A stretch of 44,357 bases of DNA, taken from assembly GCF_001194135.2 (NCBI RefSeq), contig NC_068986.1:62815327-62859683 (forward strand). The letters are read 5' to 3'. A model generated the notes under the pieces. That model was not told the origin of the DNA, ran no database searches, and worked only from the letters and a program-made list of their open reading frames with translations. Below, in pieces: positions 1-11,028 of this stretch (positions within the stretch are counted from its first letter, which is position 1; the number at the start of each line of letters is the position of its first letter). Origin of the DNA: Octopus bimaculoides (lineage: Eukaryota). The position numbers and the translations under genes are program-made.

Positions 1-264
1 GTATTTTATGATAATTGGTGCCACCTTGTTTATGGCTAGTGTTTCCAGAATCCACGTGTGGGGAACACTGTCGAAAGCCTTTTGGTAGTCCACCCAGGCC
101 ATACTGAGGCCTTTCTTCTTTCTGCGGCTGTCTTCAGTTATGGCTTTATTGAGCCCTTGCAGCATCCCTTCTGCTCTTCTGGAAACAGGTTGTTATTTTC
201 CAGGTGTTTACTCACTCTCTGCGATATTATTGCAGTAAAGGCTTTGTAGATCGTAGGGAGACAG

Positions 265-269
<5 letters not shown>
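1..269 (-). mobile_element. 5'-truncated RLE-type (R4/Dong-like) LINE, reverse transcriptase fragment; runs off window edge
   Basis: Minus strand reads ITCLPTIYKAFTAIISQRVSKHLENNNLFPEEQKGC..INKAITED..LSMAWVDYQKAFDSVPHTWILETL (non-LTR RT domains 1-3); begins directly at the (TAA)n tract. Confidence 0.85.

Positions 270-334
<65 letters not shown>
266..334. repeat. (ATT)n / (TAA)n microsatellite
   Basis: Perfect ATT run in sequence. Confidence 0.98.
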
Positions 335-335
<1 letters not shown>

Positions 336-548
336 GGCAGTGAGCTGGCAGAATTGTTAGCATACCGGGTGAAATGCTCAGCAGCATTTCATCTGTCCTT
401 ATGGTCTGAGTTCAAATCCTGCTGAGGTCGACTTTGCCTTTAGCCTTTCGGGGTTGATAAAATAAAGTACCACTTACGTACTGATGTTGATGTAGTCGAC
501 TAGCCCCCTTTCCACAATTTCAGGTCTTCTACCTATAGAAAATGGATT
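334..548 (+). mobile_element. tRNA-derived SINE (abundant octopus-type family)
   Basis: B-box-like GTTCAAATCC at 410-419; 5' end AAGGCAGTGAG.TGGCAGAAT.GTTAGCAT recurs in reverse at 18871-18973; (ATT)n on both sides. Family name not verified. Confidence 0.75.
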
Positions 549-575
549 ATTATCATTATTATTATTATTATTATT

Positions 576-2700
576 GTCTTTGCACAGCTTCTAATGCTGG
601 AGATGTACTAGGGTGTCAGCTGTTCACTACCAGTGAACTAAGGTAACACCTCTTATTTTTCGAGTACCTTCCAGAGTATTCGAGTAGTTCCAAGCAGTGC
701 AGTTTTCTGCAAGTGCTTCACCCTTATTGCAGCCCCTATTTGTTCTATGTACTTCTCAAGACTTTTACTCACTGTTCCCAGGGCTCCGACAATTATTGGT
801 ACTACTACCACCTTTTCATCGGCCACAACTGCTTAACCTCCCAAGCTAACCTGTCATATCTATCGACTTTTTTTCTTTCTTATTGCATACCTTGTTGTCA
901 GCTGGGCATGCTATATCTATGATCCAGCATCGTTTGCTTTCTTTCTCAATTAAGACTATGTCTGGCTTCCTATTCTCTATCTCATTGTTGCACTGAATCA
1001 TAAAATCCCATAGGATCTTTGCATTATCATTTTTGATGATGCTTTCGGGTTTGTGGTCATACCAATTTTTTGCTCTGTCAAGTGCATACTTGTTGCAAAG
1101 TGTCCAATGGACAAGCCTTGCTATATTGTTGTGGCATCTCTTATATTCCTTCTGGGCTAATGGCATACATTGACTGGTAATATGCCATATGGTTTTATCA
1201 GTCTGTAATTTTGTGGGTTTGCCATTTCAGTAGATTTGGGAATTAGGATAGTTTTCCCTTCCATGAGCCATTCAGGCATTGTCTCTGGCTCCGCTAGTAT
1301 GTCATTAAATTTCTCAGCCAGCTTTTTATGTGTTCCGTCAGATATTTTAACCAGAAATTAAGGATCTTATCATGTCCGGGTGCCTTCCAGTTGCTTAGTT
1401 TTTGCAGTGCCTGGGTGACCTCTTCAGTTATTATAGGGGTACAGAGGCATTCCGGTGCTGATATCGTTGTTTTGATAGACCCTTTTCTGAGGTTGTTCCT
1501 TCGCTGACCATATTTCTTTCCAAAATTCTTCTACTTCTTCTGCTGTTGGTACTGCATTGATGTCTATTTTATTTTTGCCAAGTTCTTGGTAGAATCTTTT
1601 TGGGTTTGAGTTGAACTGTTTGTTTTGTTCAAAGAAATGTTGGCGTTTCTCATACCGGCAGATTCTTTGTGCATTGGCAACAATATCTTGCTTTGGCTGT
1701 TCTTTTACTTCAGTTAAACTTTGTTCTGTAATTTTGTATTTACACAGTATTTTTACTCTCTTCTTGTTGCTTAGTAACGTTGATTGTCTACTAGTTGCGT
1801 TAAGGATTGACAGATCTTTTCTTTTGTTTTCTATATTTTTCTGGATATTATTTATCCACAGGGATTGTTTGTGTGATGGTACTCCTGTTTGGATGGATTT
1901 GAGGGAATATACAGCTTCTTTTGTGGCCACACTGGCTGCTGCATATATTATTGGCCTGGTGATATTGACATTTGTTTCTGTGGCTATTAGTTCTGTGATG
2001 GCCATGTTCATGCTATTTATTAATAATGTTGTTTTAGTATCAATTTCAATTTTGGGGAAGTACAATCAGTAGTCCATACTGAGATCTATGGCTTTCAATT
2101 CTTTGATTATAATCATTTTTAATGTATCATAATCATTAGGTTCACCTTCACTGTTTCCAGGTTTTAGATTTGTTTTGTATTCCCTCCCATTCATATTTTT
2201 GTCTGTGGTGTTCTGGTTTGGTGCATTTTGTTCATCATTATACATTCATACGGTCTGGGTTTGTTGTTTTTCATTGGTTACTTCACTTTTGTTGGTAATG
2301 TTATGTCTGTCTTCGTGTTTTACAGTCCCAGTGCTTTTGATATTATTTGGCATTGCTGTGTGGTTACTATCTACATTTTCCTGATGTATTTTTCCTTTTA
2401 AGTGTTCTGTTTCTATTTCTGATATTCATTTTGTTTTGAGAATATATTTTCGTATGTTAGCTAGTTTATTAGGATTTATTAGGGTTCATTGCTGTATCCA
2501 AGTCTTTATCTAGGTCATTTTTCTTCCAGATTTTATATGTATATGTTGTAAAATAAGCGTGTAGGATTGAAATATATTCCTCATGTGTCCATTTATACTT
2601 TTCCGATTTTATTTGCAGGACATAAGGAATAACATGAGGAATAACGTCCAGCTCTTTATTTTGACGGTCATCATTTTTGTAGGGTACTTTCACTTTGTCA
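576..2700 (-). mobile_element. Near full-length RLE-type (R4/Dong-like) LINE with the entire RT domain deleted
   Basis: N-terminal ORF remnants (RYEKRQHFFEQNKQF..FWKEIWS; KLSNWKAPGHDKILNFWLK; NYRL) join at ~1195 to TIWHITSQC..LVHWTLC and the RLE motif KPDIVLIEK..IIDIACP; C-terminus QKTALLGTTRILWKVLEK*; 3'UTR ends on (TAA)n at 549-575. Confidence 0.85.
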
Positions 2701-3249
2701 CAGTATTTCTTTGCTATTTTTACTTGTGAAATTTTGAAGTTGCGATTTTTTAAAATTATATTTTCAGAATCAGAATCTCCATAGCTGAAAACGTGGGATT
2801 CCTTAAAAAAAATTTTTTTTAAGGAGTGGGGTCCGTTTACGTTTCTGCCATGTGCACCATTATTATTACCATTATTGTTATTATTATTTTGAATTTGAAT
2901 TTCTATGTATCACTTATAATTTGAACTTGACAAAGGTTGGCTTGCTGTTGAAATATTATTCAACCAATAAAACATCTATTGCAATCACACTGCACTCTTC
3001 GTATTGTCTATTTGCCTTTCTGAGGAGTTACGTCAATCCTTTTAAAATATAAAAATCAAGTAGATTGAGATGATTGATTTTATGTTATACTGAATAAGAA
3101 TTGAAACATTTAGAAATTATGGAAGTTACCTAAACAGCCAGGTGTCTAAAGAAAATAGTAATATAAATTACAGCTTTTGTATTTTATTCCTTCTTATAGT
3201 TGGCTTGTCAGCCCTGTTAGTTTCACTAGACCCCAGGGTTGAGCTCAAT

Positions 3250-5210
3250 CCTGTATCAATGGATTTTGTACCATTCAAATACGAATCACAAAATGTTCCA
3301 AAATTAGCATCAGCTCATCTACTTCCAATATGTCCAGATACTTGTATCTTTCATTATCTATTCTTTTCACAACTTCCCACATGGGCAGTATTTCACACCA
3401 TCCACTCGTTAGATTTTACCTCTTTTTAGAATCAACACCCAACACTTTTCCAGCCCAAATTCCACTTTCATGTGCATGCTAAAGCAATGCACTGTTTAAA
3501 ACAATGGACTTAGCTGATTTTTGTCTTTCCCATAGAGTTCTTTTTTGCCCATGAAAAGATGATTGATTGTATCTTTTCTTTCCTTGAACTTGTACTGGGC
3601 ATTCATGTTTCTCAAAGTCAAAAAAAAAAAAAATGATGAGAAGTCATTTTTTGGAAGATTCCATATTTGATTTTTGACAAACTCAACTTTTTTTATGTGA
3701 GTTCAGTGGTCCATCCACTCATACTTTAGTTCAATGAATTCATGATATAAACAATTCCAACCATTTTCCTGCAGCCCATAATCTAAAAATGAGGAACCAT
3801 ATCATGCTTTCTGGTAGTCTATCTACACCATCCCTAAGTCTGTTTTGTGCTTTTTGCGGTGTTTTATCGATCAGTGGTTAATCTTGGTTCCCCTGCATCT
3901 ACACTTGTATACTTTTATCAGAAGAAACAACTCTTCTGATATGATTATTCTGGTCTTTGAACTCACACATTGCATCTGTCAGTATTTCAGCTACTAGCTG
4001 AAATGACAGGCAGTCAGAATATTGGTCTAAAATAGTCAACAACATTTCCCTTGATACTTCTTTCTGGCACATTACTTTTCTGACTCTAGTCAACCAACCT
4101 AGGATTCCTGTGTGATCTTGAAGTAATAAGCATAACTGTTCTGCTATCATTTATGGACATTCAGTAAATTTCTTCACCCATTATCCCTGAACTCCACTTG
4201 GGCTTGCTGTTTCCCTGTTGTTCATCTACTTATACATCCAACATACTCCATGTTTATCTCAATATCTTCTTGTAGAGGATTTATACTTATTTTATGTTAT
4301 TTAGCCATTGTGTGTTAGTGTTATGTCTCTTCTTCCCTCATATCTCGTTCCCAAATCTTAGCCTATCCTCTGCATTTGTGGTGTCTGTTTCTTTGTTTAT
4401 TTCTTTGATAGAATCTTTCTTGGTCAACTTTGAAGAGTCTGTTTTATCTGTTTTATTCTCTTTGAATCTCTGATCATATCAAGTGATTTTTGCTCTCTTG
4501 GCTTGCACCCACTGTTTTAGTTCCTCCATTACTACCAGTAACCTTCTGAAATCAATACTGAACTTTTGTTTCAGCATGTCATACTTGTGATAATTCTGCA
4601 GTTCTCCTTTCCTTCTTTCAATTACTGACATTACTTCCTTTTTATGCCTCCAAATATCTTTCTCTTCCACCATGGTTCTTTGTTCACCCTTCTATTCTCT
4701 CTATTCCCATCACTTAGTAAACATCACTTGAAATGTCTTATTTTCTGCCACCATTATACATGCAGACTTGTGTATATACTTTAAGATCATGTTTACTTTA
4801 CTTGATTGCTGCATCAGTTTCCATTGGTTCACTCCAAAGTTCTCTGACTTCACTGTCTCTACCACTTGATCTATAACTATTTTCTCTTCAATCTGTGTTG
4901 GCTGCGTCTATTATTGTTCATATCTCAGTTAGATTGATCTATATCTCTTCTGCATTTTGAGGAGTTGTATTGGTGTTAGGCAGCTAGCTCTTCTTTATTT
5001 GCAATATTATGGTCTTCTGCATTGACATTGTCTTCAAATACTCTTTTCTGAGGTATTTTCAGTTCTAAATCTTAACCAGCCTTTCTTTCTTATCATTCTG
5101 GCTTGCTTGCATATTCATTGTGCTGCTGTTTCAATCATTCCTAATTGCTGCCATTCTCAGTGCATCCTTTTTCTATATCCTCTTATTAGCATTACAGTTT
5201 TATCCATGGG
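3250..5210 (-). mobile_element. Heavily degraded RLE-type LINE (N-terminal region plus RT)
   Basis: Minus-strand remnants RGYRKRM..W, LKQWVQAKRAKITRY, CRGTK..IDYQKA, INHLF..YGK, MEFGLEKC.VL, YKYL.ILE; many stops and frameshifts. Confidence 0.7.
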
Positions 5211-5220
5211 TTGGCTCCTT

Positions 5221-6105
5221 TACAAGTGGGGATTGAAAAATTCATAGGCTGACTATGAAAGAATGATGCTAGAGCTGTGAAACCTTGCATGCATTAATTT
5301 CAACTCTGCATTATTTCTTTCCAAGTTAACTAATGCCTGACCAGTCAAGGAAGACTTCAAAAATAACTAGTAGTGACTTCCCTTGAAACTGGACAAAATT
5401 TGGCATTGTGGTGTTATCAAGTCAAGTATCTGCAGAAAAAGGGTCTAGACCCTAATGACATTCATATTGACATGGTTGCTACATGAAAGGATGACACTTC
5501 AGCTTTATCAACAGTGCAAAAGTTGAAAGCTGAATTTAGGAGTGGAATGGAGAGTCTTTAAGATGACCCAAGGTCTGAACATCCTGCATCTGCCACCGCC
5601 AAGGAAAGTATTCCTTGTCTTCACCACATGGTGATGGATCACAGGCAATTGACTATAAATCAAATAGTTAATATAATTAGCATATCCCATGACAGTTGAG
5701 AATATTCTGCACAAAGAGCATGGCATGATAAAGCTTTCTGTTTGGTGGATGCTACATCTTCTGACACTCGATGCACAGAAAACCAGGCTGGTCATATCAC
5801 AGGAAAATCTAACATTGTTTGAGGTAGATCCAGCTGGTTTCCTTGCACATTTCCTTAGCCAGGATGAGGGCTGGCTTCATCACTTTGAGCCATAGACAAA
5901 GATAATTCACGCAGTGGGTACACCTCTCCTCACCTTCTCCACAGAAGGCCAAGGCCATTTCATCTGCAGGGAAGGTGATGGCCTTAGCTTTGAGGGATGC
6001 AAAAGACATTGTGTTTATTGACTTTCTTACGATAGGCTATCAAGACCAAAAGCCCTGGAAAATTGTCAAAAAGAGTCCTGTTTCATCAGGACTGTGTTAA
6101 GCAGT
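5221..6105 (+). mobile_element. mariner (Tc1/mariner) transposase relic, 3'-truncated and internally deleted
   Basis: TA followed by TIR-like CAAGTGGGGATTGAAAAATTC; DDPRSEHP, ENILH..GM.KLSVWW..HLLT, QDEGWLHHFEP, SAGKVMA, VLFHQD motifs typical of mariner DD34D transposases. Confidence 0.8.
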
Positions 6106-6669
6106 GGTTCTGCACTTGTTAAAACCCTGGAACTCCTGAACCAGAATCCCATTACCAGATGCAGTTTAGAGCCTAATGCATGAAGTAGAAAGGGCTCCTC
6201 CTCCTCCTCACTCACACGATGTATTATAATGAATCACTTCTCCTGAATTTCTGGCGTTGTGTCAATGAAAGAAATTATTATCCTTATTAGATTAGAAATG
6301 GTCCTTGAGGTCCTCCCAGACTAAAGTGGTTGAAGTAGTTATTGTCTTGTGAAATTTTCTGTGGGTTTATGTCTTATAATAATAGATTGGGCAGGAAAGC
6401 GGATATATTGAGTAAAGTAGTTAGTATGAGGATGGCCAGAGTAGGTGCAGTAGAAGTGAAAAGTAAATGATGCATTTACTGGGTTTGGGAAGGAGTGGTA
6501 GACTATTTTCCAAGTCAGATGTGCAGGGTAGTACTGCTGTCACAAGAGTACTACTGCCACAAAAGTAGATAAGATAAACTACCAGTCAAGTACTGGGTTG
6601 ATTTAATTAGCTAACCCATTCCACTAAATTTCAGTCCCTGTGCTTATATTAGCAGCAATGATTCTAATG

Positions 6670-6995
6670 TCAATATGCTACTCTGCACTCCCTCTACATT
6701 TGGCATTGTACAACTACCAGCAGGCTACTACCATCGTACCAATGTACCATCTTACCACTGCTAGTGTATTTCTGCATATTACTGTCAATGTACTACTACC
6801 ACAGTACTGCTATTGCACTTCTGCTATTGTACCATAGTCATTTTACTACTACCACTGTACAACTGCTATTCTACTACTATTATTTGCTACTGATGTCATA
6901 CACTACTGATGTACTATAACCATTATCATTATATCATATTTGCTGTGTGCTATACTGCTGCTGTACAACTATTGTTGTACTACTTCTTCTGTACT
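6670..6995. repeat. Degenerate (ACT/TAC)n low-complexity tract
   Basis: Recurrent tactac/ctactg/tattgc units. Confidence 0.7.
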
Positions 6996-7611
6996 ACTGC
7001 AGATATTTGAGAGAACACAAACCCATACTACCAGCTAAAGAGTTATTTGCTTATATTCTATCCCTAGAAGTGGTGTATTCTATTTTCCTTTCAAAGACAC
7101 TTGATTCCCAGTTAATTCAGTCACTGGATGATAAATTCCATGAAGGAAGCTTTGTCATTCATAGTTGAAAGCAGCAGGTAGATTATATGTGTGGTTTGCT
7201 AATTTGTATAGCTTCACATTCATGCACTTTGAGAAAGCAATGTGTACTCATCCTAGTATATCACCTGCTAAATCTCACCTTGAGTATATTTTCTATGAAA
7301 TCCCAGCAAGTAAAGTAAAACTAGTGATATTGTGATATTATCTTCATAGTATGTTTCAGTTTAGTATTCATATGGTTTTTGATTGTTTGATTAATACACA
7401 GAGAATAGTAGTGAAAGAAATTAACAGTTATTCTTTTATATTTAGCTTAGTGATGCTGCACTGATGTTAGCTGATAGTAATTGAATATTTAATAGAGGTA
7501 TTGGTCATGTAAGAAGATGTATCTTCTTACATGTCCAATACCACACTTTGGGAATTAAAAATTTAGTAAAATGTCACTTTCCCAATTCAGAATAACTGAC
7601 ACAAAAGGACT

Positions 7612-7800
7612 TGTGTGCATACATGCATACATATTTATATATATATGTGTGCACGTACATGCATGTTTACATACATATGCCAGATATATATATGCATGTA
7701 TACACACATAAATACATACATACTATATATACATCCATGCACATACATGCTTACATTTATACATATATACATACATGTATTCATACACATATAAGCATGC
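7612..7800. repeat. Degenerate (TACA/TA)n purine-pyrimidine microsatellite
   Basis: Alternating RY sequence. Confidence 0.85.
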
Positions 7801-7962
7801 AACTTAGTAATTCATGAACATTTTGTGATTGTCAGTAACTCAATAAATAGCACTTACCGACTTTACTAAATCCTGCACAACACTTGACACATTTTTGCTT
7901 TTTCAGATAATATTTAGTGCTTGAAATAGAAGAAATCATTTAGTCATTGTACTGCCAAAATA

Positions 7963-8103
<141 letters not shown>

Positions 8104-8864
8104 CATTTGTCACAAGGATGATGAATGAGGGGACGAAGAGTGAGAGATTACAAAAACTGAAATTTTACGTGAAAAACAAAAATATAAGGAAGTTACAGTA
8201 TGGAACATCCAATCAGAGAGCAGTCACATAGAGCAAACTGAATACAGCCACAAATACATGTTTGCCCTAACCACCAAAGGCAAGTACTCTCTCCTAGCTG
8301 TCTTCTCTGCTGGTGGATGCTGAGAGTAGATCCATTCATGCAGGCCATTCTTGTCACTCATGCATCTTCTTACAAATTTACTGTAAGGAAGCAACTCCCT
8401 CTCCCCCTATTCACCTTCTCTTAGTATAACTCGAAGAATTTGATGGAGTTTTGGCTGAAGAGGAAGGGGTTTGCCTTTGGGGTTTTTAATGTTGTCTGCC
8501 AATCTTTTGCTAGGGTACTAGAAAGTGTAATTCTGTTTGCCTTTTCTGGTTGAAGGTAAGTGGTGGAGCAATCCTCACAATAGTTGTGACTGATGGCCAG
8601 ATGTATCCTAAACATCACAACAGCTGTCAGCTTCCTCTGCCCGAGCTTTCAAGGAAAATTTCCTTTCACCCCATTTCTGGGTGAGACTGGCCAGACTAAG
8701 CATGCAATTTGCAAAAGTTCAGAAAGGTAGCCTTTTAGGCTGACCATTGGGCTATGAAATGATCTAGCTTCTGCTATATATCTGCATAGCTTTAATTCAA
8801 AGTAATATATTACAGTGCAAATATATTAATGAACATTATTATAGACAGTTGCTAATGCTGGTAA

Positions 8865-11028
8865 CACAACGTAACAATTTTTTTTAAAAAATAGTTTATT
8901 GTATTTTTATCAATCCATTTTTTCTGCTGATTCCACAAATGAAATTATTTTTTGTGCATCATCAACAGTTAAAAAAATATGTCAACTTTCAATGTTATTA
9001 TATATTTGGTATTGTTATAATGTTCCGCTACTAAATGTATGTCTAATTTTCTCTTTCAGACCAATTACTAAGTTCTGCTACTTTCAGGATGGCTACTAGA
9101 GTATGTAAAAATTCTCTAGATACATTTTGCTATGTGTGTGGTTACTATATTGGAAAAAAGCAGGTATTACATAAGATCGTGAAAAGTGCCAAATTGTGGA
9201 TAGCATACAGACTCTATTTCGGAATGCCCATGGGTGACCAGGACAAACCTTGGGCCCCACATGTGATATGTGGAAGCTGTCGATCTACTCTAGAAAGATG
9301 GTTAAGAGGTACATTCCAAGGGTATGGAGAGAGCCAAAGAACCATCATGATGACTGTTACTTTTGTATGATCGATGTGACAAAGTACAGAAAAGGGAAAG
9401 GAAGACAAGCTCTTCAGTATCCAGGCATACCATCATCTAGAGCACCTGTCCCACATGATGACAGTTTACGAGTACCACTACCACAGAAAATATTTCATCT
9501 GAAGAGTCAACAAGTAGCAGCAGCCAAGAAATGGAGAAAGCTTTCATACCAAGAACGACTTCGGAGCCTCACTTTCCAAATCAGAGTGAGCTAGATGATT
9601 TAATCAGGGATCTGGGTTTTACTAAGTCAGGAGCTGAACTTCTTTCATCAAAGTTGAAGGAATGCAATCTACTGGGGGGAAACTGCAAGACATCTGTGTA
9701 CCAGAAACGCCATGAAGAATTTGAAATTTACTATGAAGATATTAATGATCTGTGTTATTGTAAAGATGTGATTGGATTGTTTACTGCTATTGGACTCAAG
9801 CATGATTCTGCAGAATGGGGACTGTTCATAGATAGCTCAATGGAAATAAATATCCTTCTTTGCCTCTTGCACACTCCATACAGAAGAAAGAAAATTACGA
9901 TAATGTCAAAGAACTTCTCGACAAAATAAATTACACTGAGTTCAAGTGGGATGTTTGTGGGGATTTCAAGATGCTTGTCTTCTTGCTTGTCTTGCAAGGG
10001 GGATACACAAAGTATTAATGTTTCCTTTGCTTGTGGGACAGCAGAGCTGATGATGATCATTACGAGAAAGTACATTGGCCCCCACGAATGGAACTGCAGC
10101 CAGGAATGTTAAATGTTCTCAAACAGCCTCTAGTAGATTCCAACAAAATCTTATTACCCCCACTTCATATCAAACTCGGATTGGTAAAACAGTTTGTGAA
10201 GGCCTTAGATTTTTGAGGAGAAGCTTTTCAAGAAATTTGTCTTATGTTTCCAAAGCTATCTGAGGCTAAGATCAAGGGTGGCATATTTGTTGGGCCCCAA
10301 GTAAATGCAATGTTAAAGTCGAAGAAACTGGAAAGAGCGATGACAAAAGTTGAAAAAGAAGCTTGGTGTGCATTTCATGATGTAGTTCATGGATTCCTAG
10401 GAAATCACAAGGATCCTAATTACAAACAGCTGGTAGCAAAGCTTATTGAAAACTTCAAGAAAATGGGTTGTTATATCTCCTTAAAGGTTAATTTTTTGCA
10501 CTCTCACCTAGATTTTTTCCCCGAAAACTTGGGTGATATCAGTGAGGAGCATGGTGAGAGATTTCATCAGAACATCGCAACTATGGGAAAAAGATACCAC
10601 AGACGATGGGATACTGCTATGATGGGAGATTATATATGGTCTCTAGTCAGAAGAGATGAAGGTATACACTCCAGAGAATCTCAATCGTCAAAGCACTTCT
10701 TATCTTAAGAAAAGAGTCATCAAGGCATTTACAGTCCAGAGTTTTATTGTTTCTTTTTGTTCTAACTAATATACTTCCTAAATACCTTTCAATATATGAA
10801 AAAATACTAAATGTTGTGTAATTATCCTTACAATACTAGAATAGATTGAACAAACAAAGTGCTGTAGAGGAAAATTACAAATATAACGAGCAAATATGAA
10901 ATTAGGAATAAATAAATAAATAACTATCGATGTTACGTCAAAACGAATGTGATTTTTTAACTTAGTGGCAAAAAAGGCATATATGAACATTAAAAAATAC
11001 AAATAAACAAAACATGTGTTACATTGTG
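8865..11028 (+). mobile_element. Full-length but inactivated Chapaev3-type (CMC superfamily) DNA transposon, 2164 bp
   Basis: TIR CACAACGTAACA (8865-8876) / TGTTACATTGTG (11017-11028); 3-bp TSD TAA (8862-8864 and 11029-11031); transposase motifs CYVCG, DQDKPWAPHVIC, WREPKNHHDDCYFC, LFIDSS, LLPPLHIKLGLVKQFVKAL, HSHLDFFPENLGDISEEHGERFHQ. Confidence 0.88.
9089..10708 (+). pseudogene. Chapaev3-type transposase pseudogene
   Basis: Pieces spread over ORFs 9089-9370, 9250-9594, 9531-9929, 10031-10216, 10244-10708; small deletions/frameshifts near 9310 and 9840, in-frame stops near 10016 and 10214. Confidence 0.88.

Noticed and set aside
1611-2072. Hydrophobic 153-aa plus-strand ORF, and similar ORFs at 16514-16891, 17445-17861, 19233-19619, 31305-31724
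   Set aside because: Largely antisense shadows of LINE coding sequence
2800-2825. Perfect 26-bp palindrome TCCTT-A8-T8-AAGGA
   Set aside because: Mostly homopolymer; probably part of a small DNA-transposon relic; not a prokaryotic terminator in this context
7110-7180. Possible 57-nt plus-strand exon (HWMINSMKEALSFIVESS)
   Set aside because: Weak donor (GTAGAT) and no supporting neighbours or homology
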